From: Mobula hypostoma
Taxonomy: Eukaryota
Direction: 5' to 3'
DNA: 64,000 nucleotides
NCBI RefSeq assembly: GCF_963921235.1
Contig: NC_086097.1
Location: forward strand, 224,504,001-224,568,000
In this document: positions 38,001 through 49,276 of the stretch, in pieces
How the letters are laid out: every line of letters begins with the position of its first letter
Position numbering within the stretch: position 1 is the first letter of the stretch
Notes under the pieces: generated by a model
What the model was told of the DNA's origin: nothing
What the model saw: the letters and a program-made list of their open reading frames with translations, nothing else
The model's database searches: none
Translations under genes and position numbers: made by a program

Positions 38001-41000
38001 TGTATTCGCAGAGGGGGATGGTTCGTCTGCACCTTCCTGAAGTCCACAACGATTTCCTTGGTCTTCTCCACGTTCAGACTTAGATTGTTCTTCTCACATC
38101 CGTCCACCAGTCGCTCCACTTCCTCTCTGTACTCCGCCTCATCATAGTTGTTGATGAGGCCAACCACTGTTGCGTCATCCGCAAACTTGATAACTCCATT
38201 TGAGCTGAATCCTGCGACACGGTCATGCCTCAGCAGCGGTCTGAGTGCACAGCCCTGCGCAGCGTCACTGCTCAGCGCAATGGAACTAGAGGCGTAGCTG
38301 TGGGACAGAGGGATGCCAGAAAAAGGCTAGCAACATCACGAAAGATCCCACCTACCCTGCTCATGGACTGCTTGTCCCACTGCCAGTAGTGAAGAGGTTA
38401 TGTTGCATCCATGACAGGGGCACCAGACTCACAGTTACTTTCCCTAAGCAGTCAGACTGATGAACACCTCCACCCACTAACCTGCTAACTGACCCCACCA
38501 CTACTTCTTAATCATTTTCTGTCAGAATCACCTTATGAACAGATACTCCTGTACCTAGTTCCTTTATGTACTTACAATCAATCTATGCATAGAGGCTATT
38601 TTATCTATTTATATTAATTTTTTCTCTTATTATTGTGTTCTTCATGTTATTTTGTTTTTTTTTATGCTGCATCGGATCCAGAGTAACAATTATATCATTC
38701 TCTGTCAAAGCTCGAACTGGGCACGGCACCTGATGATGATGATGATGATGATTCTGCTCCATAGACGCAGCTTGGCCTGCTGAGTTCCTGCAGCATTCTG
38801 TGTGTGTTTCTCTTCATTTTATGTGATTGTCTATGAAATAGCTTGGCAGAGTTGTAGATTGGCTATAGAAATGCAAGTGTTTAGTCATTGCTTTGGCCTT
38901 ATAGCAAACATCTAATAGCTTAAAATATTTATTATCCTGAGTAGCTATCGAAATATTCTACAGTTGGTAAAACCTTGGTACGATGAAGTAAAGGATTACA
39001 GATTTCCATATCCTCAAGACTGTAACCCCAGGTGTCCCCTGAAATGTTATGGACCAGTATGCACTCACTACACCCAGGTAAAAACCTTTTTGATATTTCG
39101 TCAGACTTCTTATTAAAATGTCTCAAGAATCTATGTTGCATAATAACTGAAAACAATGCTTGCTGCGTTTCAGATGGTTTGGGCAACATCCAACCGAATA
39201 GGGTGTGCAATCCATACCTGCAGCAACATGTATGTCTGGGGGTCCACTTGGCAACGGGCTTTTTACCTTGTATGCAACTATGCTCCAAAGTAAGTGCTCA
39301 GATTTACCCCAACTAATTGCATTTTATTTTCTACCTATCTGGTTAGTTAGATGTTCTGTACACTTACATACTTCATTTGATCTTATTTTGTTTTTGTTGC
39401 TCCTCTCCGTGCCTTCTGGTGTATCGAGTGGCAACCTTGCCCCTTCTTTTGCATATGTCTGTTTTTTTTTAACAAGGTCGAGTTGCTAGCTCGACGCTCA
39501 ACCCAGCGCGGATGGAAAGCATGCAAGGAGCTGGCTGGATTTGAAGACCGGCACGGGTGCCACTACACCACCAGCAGGCTAACTTCATTTGATATTAGCC
39601 ATCAAATTCACACTGGGCTAACCTTTCAGCTTTTCAATATTGAAAGTAACTTGCTGGAGAAATTAATAGGATGGTTAGGTTCTATACTGAGGGAACAGCA
39701 TTTTCTGCCAGATCACAGTGGTGAAGTCATCAAATTGCAAAATGAAGACCCAGAAGCCCAAACTATTCATCTGGACAATAGACAATAGACAATAGGTGCA
39801 GGAGTTGGCCATTCAGCCCTTCGAGCCAGCACCGCCATTCACTGTGATCATGGCTGATCATCCACAATCAGTACCCTTTTCCTGCCTTCTCCCCATATCC
39901 CTTGACTCCACTATCTTTAAGAACTCTATCTAACTCTTTCTTGAAAGAATCCAGAGAATTGGCCTCCACTGCCTTCTGAGGCAGAGCATTCCACAGAACC
40001 ACCACCCTCTGTGTGAAAAAGTTTTTCCTCAACTCCATTCTAAATTGTCTACCCCTTATTCTTAAACTGTGGCCTCTGGTTCTGGACTCCTCCAACATCA
40101 GGAACATGTTTCTTGCCTCTAGCATGTCCAATCCCTTAATAATCTTATATGTTTCAATCAGTTCCCCTCTCATCCTTCTAAATTCCAGTGTATACAACCC
40201 CAGTCGCTCCAATCTTTCAACATATGACAGTCCCGCCATCCCGGGAATTAACCTCGTGAACCTACGCTGTACTCCCTCAATAGCTAGAATATCCTTCCTC
40301 ACATTTGGAGACCAAAACTAATGGAGACATGAACTTAAATATCACTGCAAGAGCTGGGAAAGTTTAAATAAAATAATTAAATGTCTGTAATAGAAATCTA
40401 TTATTTGTAATGTTAACTATAAGACTTTTTAACAATAAAACTCGTCTAGTTCACTAATGGGAAAATGGACTAAATATGGCAGATGGAATTTAATGCAGAA
40501 AAGTGTGAGGTGGTGCACTCTAAGGGTGGGGTAGAACTTACAGAGTGAGTGGCAGAGCACTGAGGAGTGCAGTAGAACAAATGGATGGAGGAATACAGAT
40601 CTATAATTTCTTGAAATAAGGTCATAAAGCTTTTGGCACATTGGCCTTCATAAGTCAAAGTATTGGGTACAGGGGTTGGGATGTTGTGTTGAAGTTGTAT
40701 AAGACATTGGTGAGGCCTAATTTAGAGTATTGTGTGTGATTCTGGTCACCTACTTACAGGAACAATATCAGTAAAATTAAAAGGATGCAGAGAAAATTTA
40801 CAAGCATGTTGCCAGGATTTGAGGACCCGAGTTCTAGGGAAAAATTGAATGGGTGAGGACTTTATTCCTCAGAACATAGAAGAATAAAGGTGGATTTGAT
40901 AGAGGTATACAAAATAATGAGGGATATAGACAGGGTAAATGCAAGCAGGCTTTTTGCACTGAAGAGGGATGAGACTAGAACTAGAGGTCATGGATTAAAG

Positions 41001-44000
41001 GTGAAAGGTAAGGTGTTAAAGGGGGAACTTCTTCACTCAGAGGGTTAGAGTAAGAGTGTGCAATTATCTGCCAGTGGAAGTGGCGGACGCATGTTCAGTT
41101 TCAACATTTAAGAGAAGTTTGAAGAGGTAAATGGATGAGAGGGATCTGGGTGCAGGTTGATGGGACGGCAGATTAATAGTTTGGAATGGACTAGATGGGC
41201 TGAAGGGCCTGTTTCTGTGCTGAAGTGTGCTATGATTATGGCTACCATCTAACATCAGGAACTTTCAGAAGCTCTCAAAAAGGTGATAGCTTTGACAGAC
41301 GTCATAGCAAAGAATGCGGCTTAGAGGGCCAACAAACTTTGTTCACCTTGTTCTGGTCCTCCCAATGATAATGTCACATTGTGCAAGACTGCAGTCAAGG
41401 AGCGTGTGAGCAAGTAATGTGGAATAATGGTAAAAATGTGACTGTATGTTGGGAATAGGAGTGCTCGGTGTTGATAGTGCCTAAGTGACAGGAATGCTGT
41501 ACAGTGAACAATGGGTGAGCCTAGGGACATAGTTGGCGGAAGGCAGCTTTGGGAATTTGCATTGATCTGACCATGTGTGAGCTCACTGAATGTCTTGCAG
41601 CAATTTCACTGAACCTTGTCACTTTGTGGTGACTTTGATAGCGATTCCTTCCACTGCTCTTTCTGTGTCCTTTACCAAGCCCTCTGGAGTTCTGAAAATC
41701 TGTGTGCCTCTTCTCACTGTTGTTCAGCTTTGGCTATCAAACACACTGATATGAGCCCTGGGGTGATTTCTCACCATCTCTCCTTTACGAGGTTCTGGCT
41801 GGCTTTAGTTTGTGTAGGCTTGAAGATTTGCTAGCTACTCATGAAATGGTGGTGATGCAGTAGGAGAATAAAGACAGCAGTAAGCAGCAGCCAGCTGTCG
41901 AAGCTAAGTTAATAAGCAGTCTGTGTAAATTCCATGTGTGGTCCACACTGGATCAAAGGGCTTGTGTTAATTGCAAATTGCTATCCCACTGACAGTGATG
42001 TCCAAATCAGCACCCAAGGTCCCTCATTGAACAAGAATGATTTAGAGCAAGTTAGTAAATACTTTAATTAATAGTCTAGACTCAAATTAAATGTTAGATG
42101 CTTTTTCTTTACTCGCATATTGAGCCATCATGAATTAGCTCTGGTACAATAGTTGTGAAACTTTTAGCAATGGATCTGTTTCTCCTCTCATTTGAAAAGA
42201 GAATGGCTTAAAGAGCAGAGATTCCGAAACAAATTATGTATGAAACACTTTTGCTCAATTTAATATAAATTATATCAAAATATGTCCAACAATTGTCAAC
42301 AATTTATAGACAATAGACAATAGGTGCAGGAGTAGGCCATTCAGCCCTTCGAGCCAGCACCGCCATTCACTGTGATCATGGCTGATCATCCACAATCAGT
42401 ATCCAGTTCCTGCCTTATCCCCATAACCTTTGATTCCACTGTCTTTAAGAGCTCTATCCATCTCTTTTTTGAAAGCATCCATAGACTTGGCCTCCACAGC
42501 CTTCTGGGGCAGAGCATTCCATATATCCACCAATCTCTGGGTGAAAAAGTTTTTCCTCAACTCCGTTCTAAATGGCCTACCCTAATTCTTAAACTGTGGC
42601 CTCTGGTTCTGGACTCACCCATCAGTGGGAACATGCTTCCTGCCTGCAGTGTGTCTAATCCCTTAATAATCTTATATATTTCAATAAGATCCCCTCTCAG
42701 CCTTCTAACTTCCAGTGTATACAAGCCCAGTCGCTCCAATCTTTCGACATATGACAGTCCCGCCATCCCAGGAATTAACCTTGTGAACTTAGCAAGAATG
42801 TCCTTCCTCAAATTTGGAGACCAAAACTGCACACAGTACTCCAGGTGTGGTCTCACCAGGGCCCTGTACAGCTGCAGAAGGACCTCTTTGCTCTTATACT
42901 CAATTCCCCTTGTTATGAAGGCCTGCATGCCATTAGCTTTTTTCACTGCCTGCTGTACTTGCATACTTGCTTTCAGTGACTGATGTACAAGAACACCTAG
43001 ATCTCGTTGGGCTTCCCCTTTTCCTAATTTGACTCCATTTAGATAATAATCTGCCTTCCCATTCTTACTACCAAAGTGGATAACCTCAGACTTATCCACA
43101 TTAAACTGCATCTGCCATGCATCTGCCCAGTCACCCAGACTGTCCAAGTCACCCTGCATTCTCATAACATCCTCCTCACATTTCACACTGCCTCCCAGCT
43201 TTGTGTCATCAGCAAATTTGCTAATGTTACTTTCAATTCCCTCATCTAAATCATTAATATATATTGTACACAGCTGCGGTCCCAGCACTGAACCCTGCGG
43301 TACTCCACTGGTCATCGCCTGCCATTCCGAAAGGGACCTGTTAATCGCTACTCTTTGTTTTCTGTCAGCTACTGCAATTGATTATGTTGCTAAACACATT
43401 TTAAACACCTAAGAGCAAGTGTTACAAGGCATGCTTTCAGACCTGCTCTATTATTTTTCTTTGATTCTCTAGATTGAAGTGTATTCAGGCAACTAAGTAC
43501 CAGATTTCCATAAGGTCCATCAACTCAAAGCTTTCTGAAGCTCACTTCAAAGGTCCCATCTTCAAAGGTTTAATATCATTGCCGCATGTCATGAAATTTA
43601 ACTTTGCAGCAACAGTACAATGAAATACAAGATAAACATAGAAAAAAAACTGAATTGAAGTTTACAGTGTCTATAAAAAGTATTCAACCCACATCCCCCC
43701 CCCCCGGGAAGTTTTCATGCTTTATTGTTTTACAACATTGAATCACAGTGGATTTAATTTGGCTTTTATTGACACTGATTAGCAGAAAAAGATTCTTTCA
43801 TGTCAAAGTGAAAACAAATCTCTACAAAGTAAGATAAATTAATTACAGATATAAAACACAAAATAATTGATTGCATAAGTATTCACCCCTTACAAATCAG
43901 TATTTAGTAGATGCACCTCTGGAAGCAATTACAGCCTTGAGTGTGCGTGGATAGGTCTCTGTCAGCTTTGCACATCTGGACCCTGCAATTTTTCCCTCAT

Positions 44001-46134
44001 TCATCTTTACAAGACTGCTCAAGCTCTGTCAGATTGGATGGGGATCGTAAGTGAACAAACCTTTTCAAGTCCAGCCACAAATTCTCATTTGGATGAGGTC
44101 TGGACTCTGAGTTGGCCACTGCAGGACATTAACTTTGTTGTTTTTAAGCAATTCCTGTGTAGCTTTGGCTTAACAGTTGGGGTCATTGTCTTGCTGGAAA
44201 ACAAATCTTCTCCCAAATTGCAGTTCTCATGCAGACTGCATCAGGTTTTCCTCCAGGATATCCCTGTACTTTGCTGCATTCACCTTACAAGCCTTCCAGG
44301 GCTTGTTGCAGTTAAGTATCCCCACAGCATGATGCAGCCACCACCATGCTTCACCGTAGGGATGGTGTGTTTTTGATAATGTGCAGTGTTTGGCTTACGC
44401 CAAACATAGTGTTTAGTCTAATGGCCAATAGCTCTATTTTGGTTTCACCAAGCTATAGAACCCTCTTCCAGCTGATTTCAGAGTCTCCCACATGCCTTCT
44501 GGCAAATGCTAGCTTAGATTTCACGTGTGTGTTTTTCAACAGTGGCTTTCTCTTTGCTATTCTCCCATAAAGCCACAATTGGTAAAGCACCTGGGCAACA
44601 GTTGTATGCATAGTCTCTCCCATTTCAGACACTGAAGCTTGTAACTCCTCCAGTGTTGGCATAGGTCTCTTGCTGGCCTCCCTCACAAGTCCCCTTTTTG
44701 CATAGTCACTCAGTTTTTGAGGACAGCCTGCTCTAGGCAGAGTTAGAGCTGTGCCATATTGATGATTGACTTAACTGTACTCTGAGGTATATTTAGTGAC
44801 TTGGAAATTTTCTTGTATCCATCTTCTGACTTGTGGTTTTTCAAAACCTTTTTATGGAGTCACTTGGAGTATTCTTTTGTCTTCATGGTGTAGTTTTTTT
44901 CCAGGATACTGACTCACCAGCAGTTGAACCTTCCTGGTACAGGTGTATTTTTTACTACAATCAATTGAAACACCGTGACTGTACACAGGTGATCTCCATT
45001 TAACTGATTATGTGAATACTAAAACCAATTGGCTGCACCAGAGATGATTTGGTGTGTCATATTAAAGGAGATGAATACTTGATGCAAACAATTAGTTTGT
45101 GTTTTATACTTGTAATTAATTTAGATCAGTTTATAGAAATTAGTTTTCATTTTGGCATGAAAGAATCTTTTCTGTTGATAGTGCCAAAAGAGCCAAATTA
45201 AATCTATTTTGATTCAATGTTGTAAAACAATAAAACATGAAAACTTAAACAACAGGAATTCTGCAGATGCTGGAAATTCAAGCAACACACATCAAAGTTG
45301 CTGGTGAACGCAGCAGGCCAAGCAGCATCTATAGGAAGAGGCGCAGTCGACGTTTCAGGCCCAGACCCTTCGTCAGGACCTGCAAGGAGCGGGGCTTATA
45401 CTTTTTATAGGCACTGTATATAGGTATATTAAACAGTTAATTTGAGATAAGTAGTCAAAAACAGAAACTAAAATAAAAGTAGCAATGAGAAGAGTGCATG
45501 TCCTGGGTGGTGAGGTTCCTTGATAATGGAAGCCGCTTTTCTGAGGCACCGCTCCTTGAAGATGTCTTGGATATTACAAAGGTCAATGCCCACGATGGAG
45601 CTGACTAATTTTACAACTCATGGCAGCTTACTACAGTCCTGTGCAGTAGCCTATACCAAACAACGATTCAGCCAGTCAAGAGTGCTCTCCACGTTACATC
45701 TGTAGACGCTTTTGACTATTTTAGGTGACAAGCCTAATTTCCTCAAACTCCTGATGAAATATAGCCACAGCCTTGTCTTCTTTATAGCTGCATATATTGG
45801 ACCAGGTTAGATCCTCAGAGATATTGACACCCAGGAAGCTTGAAATTGCTCCCTTTCTCTCTACTTCTGATCCCTCTATGAGGATTGGTATGTGTTCCTT
45901 CCTCTTAACCTTTCTAAAGTCCACATAATTACATTTTTCTGTTAAGCCTCTGTCAAAAAAGCACTGGAACTTCATAGCTTGTTTTAATATTTGTTTAGGG
46001 GAAACTGGATTGGAGAAGCACCATATAAAATTGGAACGCCGTGCTCAGCCTGCCCACCCAGTTATGGAGGAACCTGCAACAACAATCAGTGCTTTCCACG
46101 AGTAACTTCAAACTACTTGTACTGGTTCAAGTGA
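13781..46134 (+). CDS. PI15: Peptidase inhibitor 15 (CAP/CRISP family), spliced CDS join(13781..14050,34393..34511,38945..39077,39174..39289,45999..46134), 257 aa
   Basis: Five exons with GT-AG boundaries and compatible phases (270+119+133+116+136=774 nt including stop). Translation: hydrophobic signal peptide, basic site [46 protein letters not shown] motifs HYTQMVW and YLVCNY, and C-terminus SNYLYWFK*, which matches my recollection of vertebrate PI15. Confidence 0.96.
15774..15915. repeat. Inverted-repeat (hairpin) PLE-end derivative
   Basis: Arms ~15774-15824 and ~15865-15915 (ctcagcaggtcaggcagcatctgtgga / tccacagatgctgcctgacttgctgag). Confidence 0.75.
16710..17287 (-). mobile_element. 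Nimb/I-clade LINE 3' fragment
   Basis: Minus strand reads [47 protein letters not shown] (C-terminal CCHC); 3' UTR motif GGTGGCGGTAATGCACC. Confidence 0.75.
19710..19967. mobile_element. Two short Tc1/mariner-type MITE remnants (~19710-19790, ~19900-19967)
   Basis: Inverted ends of the form tac(a)gtact..caaaagtc...gacttttg..gtactgta, flanked by TA. Confidence 0.5.
21020..21275 (-). mobile_element. tRNA-headed SINE with RTE-like tail, inserted in a CR1 fragment (~20860-21320)
   Basis: Minus strand shows A box TGACGTAGTGG, B box GAGTTCGAATCC and tail motif GGCAATGGCAAACCACTG; flanked by an imperfect duplication ttagataa(a)gg. Confidence 0.8.
22240..24950 (+). mobile_element. Cluster of old CR1 remnants (with a non-CR1 insert at ~24080-24440)
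   Basis: Degenerate versions of CR1 ORF2 and 3' UTR motifs (cacttggagtgttgtgtgcagttc, gggctgaagggcc). Confidence 0.65.
25264..26541 (+). repeat. Perfect 181-bp direct repeat (25264-25444 / 26361-26541) bracketing 916 bp of composite sequence
   Basis: The two copies are identical by eye at offset 1097; ORFs 25288 and 26385 share their first 52 aa. Confidence 0.95.
26820..27600 (+). mobile_element. CR1 3' fragment carrying a hairpin PLE insertion (27133-27332) with a 14-bp target-site duplication
   Basis: CR1 motifs on both sides; GGAGGAAATTATAG at 27119-27132 and 27333-27346. Confidence 0.85.
31490..31810 (+). mobile_element. V-SINE/HE1-like SINE (degraded)
   Basis: tRNA-like head plus core ggactttgcatgttctcc; related copies at 50740-50981 (minus) and 52215-52430 (plus). 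Confidence 0.6.
31820..32430 (+). mobile_element. CR1 3' fragment
   Basis: [14 protein letters not shown]...[16 protein letters not shown]...WNALP plus 3' UTR. Confidence 0.9.
32450..32489 (+). ncRNA. Minimal type I hammerhead ribozyme motif
   Basis: GCAGUC-CUGACGA-AGG(GUCUCGG)CCU-GAAA-CGUC/GACUGC: conserved core, 6-bp stem I, palindromic ACGU stem III; predicted cut after 32483. Confidence 0.75.
32450..32585 (+). mobile_element. Solo PLE terminal module (hammerhead plus tail) in PI15 intron 2
   Basis: Near-identical to 57254-57387. Confidence 0.85.
34393..34511 (+). CDS. PI15: PI15 coding exon 2 ([40 protein letters not shown])
   Basis: Pyrimidine tract and acceptor tacAG (34391-34392); donor GTGAAT at 34512; not in the ORF track because it is short. 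Confidence 0.95.
34964..35044. mobile_element. hAT (Charlie-like) MITE
   Basis: TIRs caagggtttccaa / ttgggaacccctg; 8-bp TSD ctctagac (34956-34963) / ctctagtc (35045-35052). Confidence 0.8.
36338..38300 (-). mobile_element. Rex1/Babar LINE (RT C-terminal half plus 3' UTR), interrupted by a CR1
   Basis: [52 protein letters not shown]; (TCAAG)n tail. Confidence 0.85.
36391..37330 (-). mobile_element. CR1 3' fragment nested in the Rex1 3' UTR
   Basis: ORFs 36915-37247 and 36587-36850 ([28 protein letters not shown]). Confidence 0.92.
38945..39077 (+). CDS. PI15: PI15 coding exon 3 ([44 protein letters not shown])
   Basis: Acceptor gagTAG ends at 38944; donor GTAAAA at 39078; completes the split Arg codon. 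Confidence 0.95.
39174..39289 (+). CDS. PI15: PI15 coding exon 4 ([39 protein letters not shown])
   Basis: Acceptor tttcAG ends at 39173 after a 96-nt intron; donor GTAAGT at 39290. Confidence 0.95.
39400..39580 (-). mobile_element. tRNA-derived SINE related to the 21020-21275 head
   Basis: Shared aacccagc.cggatggaaagcatgca.ggagctggctggatt segment with a different tail. Confidence 0.6.
39774..40320 (-). mobile_element. CR1 3' fragment (young subfamily, AGACAAT tail)
   Basis: ORF 39868-40302; 3' UTR nearly identical to the copies at 42308 and 49729. Confidence 0.92.
40460..41240 (+). mobile_element. Old CR1 3' fragment
   Basis: Degenerate [19 protein letters not shown] and 3' UTR motifs. 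Confidence 0.8.
42308..43365 (-). mobile_element. CR1 5'-truncated copy (RT C-terminal half)
   Basis: ORF 42557-43315: [33 protein letters not shown]; (AGACAAT)n tail. Confidence 0.95.
43665..45416 (-). mobile_element. Tc1-family DNA transposon, full length, defective transposase (~43897-44886, minus)
   Basis: TA|CAGTG...CACTG|TA ends; ~225-bp TIRs with internal repeats (aagtattcaaccc / aagtattcacccc); transposase pieces [26 protein letters not shown]. Confidence 0.92.
45247..45382 (-). mobile_element. Solo PLE terminal module with hammerhead (45346-45379) inserted in the Tc1 TIR
   Basis: Reverse complement reads GUC-CUGACGA-AGG GUCUGGG CCU-GAAA-CGUC/GAC followed by the PLE tail. Confidence 0.85.
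45999..46134 (+). CDS. PI15: PI15 last coding exon ([44 protein letters not shown])
   Basis: Acceptor ttgtttAG ends at 45998; Cys-rich hinge; TGA stop at 46132-46134. Confidence 0.95.
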
Positions 46135-47650
46135 TTTGTTTACAGAATACGTAGCCAATGCCACAGTAGGAACATTAGTTCCTCAAACTGAGTTACTAGT
46201 CAGCTGAAAAGACTTTGCAAAACATATTATATACCCATTATTATCACTGAAAAATTTACCATTTTACAGAGATATTTAATATTATCATTTTACTGCTTTT
46301 AACTTTCACTGAGTTAGCTCATAGAAATGCAAAACTTTATTATATCAACACAGGGCACTGTATTTATGAGGAGAAACAGCATAAAACTTCAGAATATTGC
46401 TATGTTTTTATTTGCAGGTGAGAATAGAAAGCAGTATCCAGCTGGTTTTGTGCATAGATATGATGCAACGTTACCGACTTGGAAAAGCAGTTTGTTATTT
46501 ATCCATAATGGGTGTATTTAGGTTTACACCTAGAATACTGTTAAAACTGGAGGGACAGTCAGATAAGCTAAGGGATTTGCTTGTAGAAAGCATTAATTAA
46601 AGCAATTGCAAATAATTTAATAAGCTCTGCTCTGGATAACGAGGGCAGTTTAGTTCTTAAAGCTTTTGTGGTGCTAATCATTTATTTAAAATCCCTGCCA
46701 ATCATGTCAGGCATAACTTCAAGATACTTAGCTAAGATATTAAAATATAGAGAAACAAATAGGACAGTCATAAGGGTGCTATTGATCATAATGATCACAT
46801 TTTGATCACATATATTTTTCCATAACAGTTGGAATTTATAAACCGTAGCCCCAGGCAGCTCAGACACAAACACATCCGTTGTATCAGGTAGCACATGAGC
46901 AGGCTCTTGTGCCAAAAACAAGTAACATATCTGCAATATTTACAGGAGATTGCACTCACTTCATTCAATACAGTCAATGACTACATGTTTACTCTTCTTC
47001 CTCTGAGGACCCCAATCTATATCTTCATGAGGTCCTCAACATTTCGTTTCTTAAATAATTTTTGGCCCTTTGATTTGATGGCATTTTCCCTCTAAACTAA
47101 ACAATAGATTATTTTCCTGGTGTCTTTAACATGGCAATATATCCAAAGGCACGACAGAAGTCAGCGTCACATAATTACAACACTTATGCCAATGCCACAG
47201 ATAACTGCTTAGCTCCAAGAGGAGATGGTCATCAGTACTTCAATATCGAATTTGGTGGAATGGTTACAGCAAAGGTCACAGGACATTTTCCAGACATACT
47301 GGAAGGATATAAAAACCTGAAATGCAGGGAACACTCAGAAGTCATGAAGCATCTATAGAGAAATATGCATAGTCAGTGTTTGAAATTCATTTGTAGTACT
47401 TTCTCTTTTTATTTCAAATCTCCAGCTTTTACTGTATTTTGAGTTTGTAATATTAGAATAACAGATCAATATTCTAATTTTCTGCTTATTGCTCTTTGCT
47501 GCTTGGATTTACTTTTAAGAATCCACATTTATTATTAATATAAACTAGAGGAGAAAAGAAGCAGTTTTCGGAAAGTGTAACAGTCTTAAATTGTTCAGTT
47601 ATCAGGGCATTAGTAATTATGCACAATAAATAACAAATGGTGACCTTTTT
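46135..47650 (+). other. PI15: Probable PI15 3' UTR; candidate AATAAA at 47625-47630
   Basis: AT-rich stretch without recognisable TEs following the stop codon; the true 3' end is unknown. Confidence 0.4.
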
Positions 47651-48151
47651 ACTAGGTAAACTCTGATTAGTCAATCATTTAGGTATTTTTATAAGTTAAA
47701 CGTGGTTACAATCTGTGCCTTAAACAAAGAGGCCTGAACTTCATCTTTGGTTGCTCTGTATCTTTTTCACTTAACTTGCTCAATATCGGCAATAGTAGCT
47801 CCAAAATTGTGGAGTTTTTGGTGCAAACTACATTCAGTGCAATACAAGCTTTAGTGATTTTTTATGCAGATTCAGAACTGCAGACTCAGACTGCAGAAAG
47901 TTATAAATTAAATATATAGTTCCCTTCCTGATCAAAATATTTCCATTGTGATATTTTGCCAGTCCATTTATTTGCTGTATTCCAAGGTGATCAATGTTCA
48001 ACCTTTATCAAGGTCATTGTAAAACTTAAAAAAAAATATATCTTTTTTTATTTATTAAGAAACCGACTACTATATTCTAATTCAACTGGCAAATGGTCCT
48101 GAAAAGCTTTTCTAAGTCATTCTCATTTATTTAAAATGAATTTATTTCCCT

Positions 48152-48408
48152 TTAGAACAGAGATGAGGAGGAATTTCTTTAGTCAGAGGATGGTGAATCA
48201 GTGGGGTTCATTGCCACAGGCAGCTGTGGGGCATAAGTCAATGGGTATATTTAAAGCGGAAGTTGATAGGTTTTTGATTAGTAAGGGCTTCAAAGATAAC
48301 GGAGAAGGCAAATGAAGGAGGCTGAGAGCAATAATAAATCTGCTATGAACAAACAGCAGAGCAGTCTTGATAGGCGGTATAATTCTGCTCCTATGTCTTA
48401 TGGTCTAA
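48152..48408 (+). mobile_element. CR1 3' end fragment
   Basis: tttagaacagagatgaggaggaatttc...ctcctatgtcttatggtct tail. Confidence 0.8.
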
Positions 48409-49276
48409 AATTGGGTTAGACAGGGGTGGTGGACTGAACACTCACTAAAATGGTAATTTTTGTGACCAACACCTTTTTGGTTAAGTTAGTGAAACCATAC
48501 CTTCTCAAATATGACAAGGAAAACTTTTAAAAATAATCATTAATAACATCTATGAGTTGGATTTTCCATTTGGCATATTTGATCTGGCTTTCAAGAAATT
48601 AGCACAGTAAGTTAAGTAGCTTATGTTATCACTGCAAATTGTTATCCATAATTCTAAACAGCTGCTCAATTTTATTGCTTTACAGCAGAGTAGTTTGTGA
48701 TATGCAAATTAATTTTAATGGATGTTCAAATGGAAAACATTTCTCAAAATTACACAATTGGGTTTGAGGGTTTTTCTCCATGTTCTTTATTGTTATTTTG
48801 GTTAATTCTACTTTAAGTAACCTTCCTGAAGTAGGTGATGCAAGATGGGATGAATAATATTAATGGGTAATTTGCATTTGTAATTTTCATGTCACCGAAA
48901 AACAGTTTAGAGGCAATATATTATCAATCTTCTGGAATATTAACGCTCGAAAGATCTTTGAGTGATCTGTTGTAAAGGAAGTCAAGGTGGTTATGGAAAT
49001 AGCTGCCCACAGATTTGATGTCTGTGGCTGTAACTAAGGACATCCAAGGAGAAGGTTGGTTGCCCTCACCTCCTTCTCAACACACACATGCACACAAACT
49101 TTTCCCACTACCCAAAAAGGTCTGTCTTTTTAAGGACTGTTCAAAGTCAATTTATTATAAGGTCACTGTATAGAACCCTGAGATTCATTTTCTTCTGGGC
49201 ATACTCATTGAATCCAGTAACCATAATAGAATCAATGAATGATTTCACCAACAGGGTGCTCAACTAGTAAACAAAG

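Larger units (their letters stand above)
43560..45925 (-). mobile_element. Rex1/Babar 3' fragment hosting the Tc1 insertion
   Basis: 43560-43664 plus 45417-45925 are collinear with the 3497-4260 element. Confidence 0.7.

Noticed and set aside
42372..42983. 203-aa plus-strand ORF (also 49978-50409 and 40013-40321)
   Set aside because: Antisense shadow frames of CR1 ORF2 copies.
13781..46134. Assignment as CRISPLD1/2 or R3HDML
   Set aside because: The ORF stops right after the hinge (no LCCL exons), and the YISQND and SNYLYWFK termini fit PI15 best; a reciprocal BLAST would confirm.
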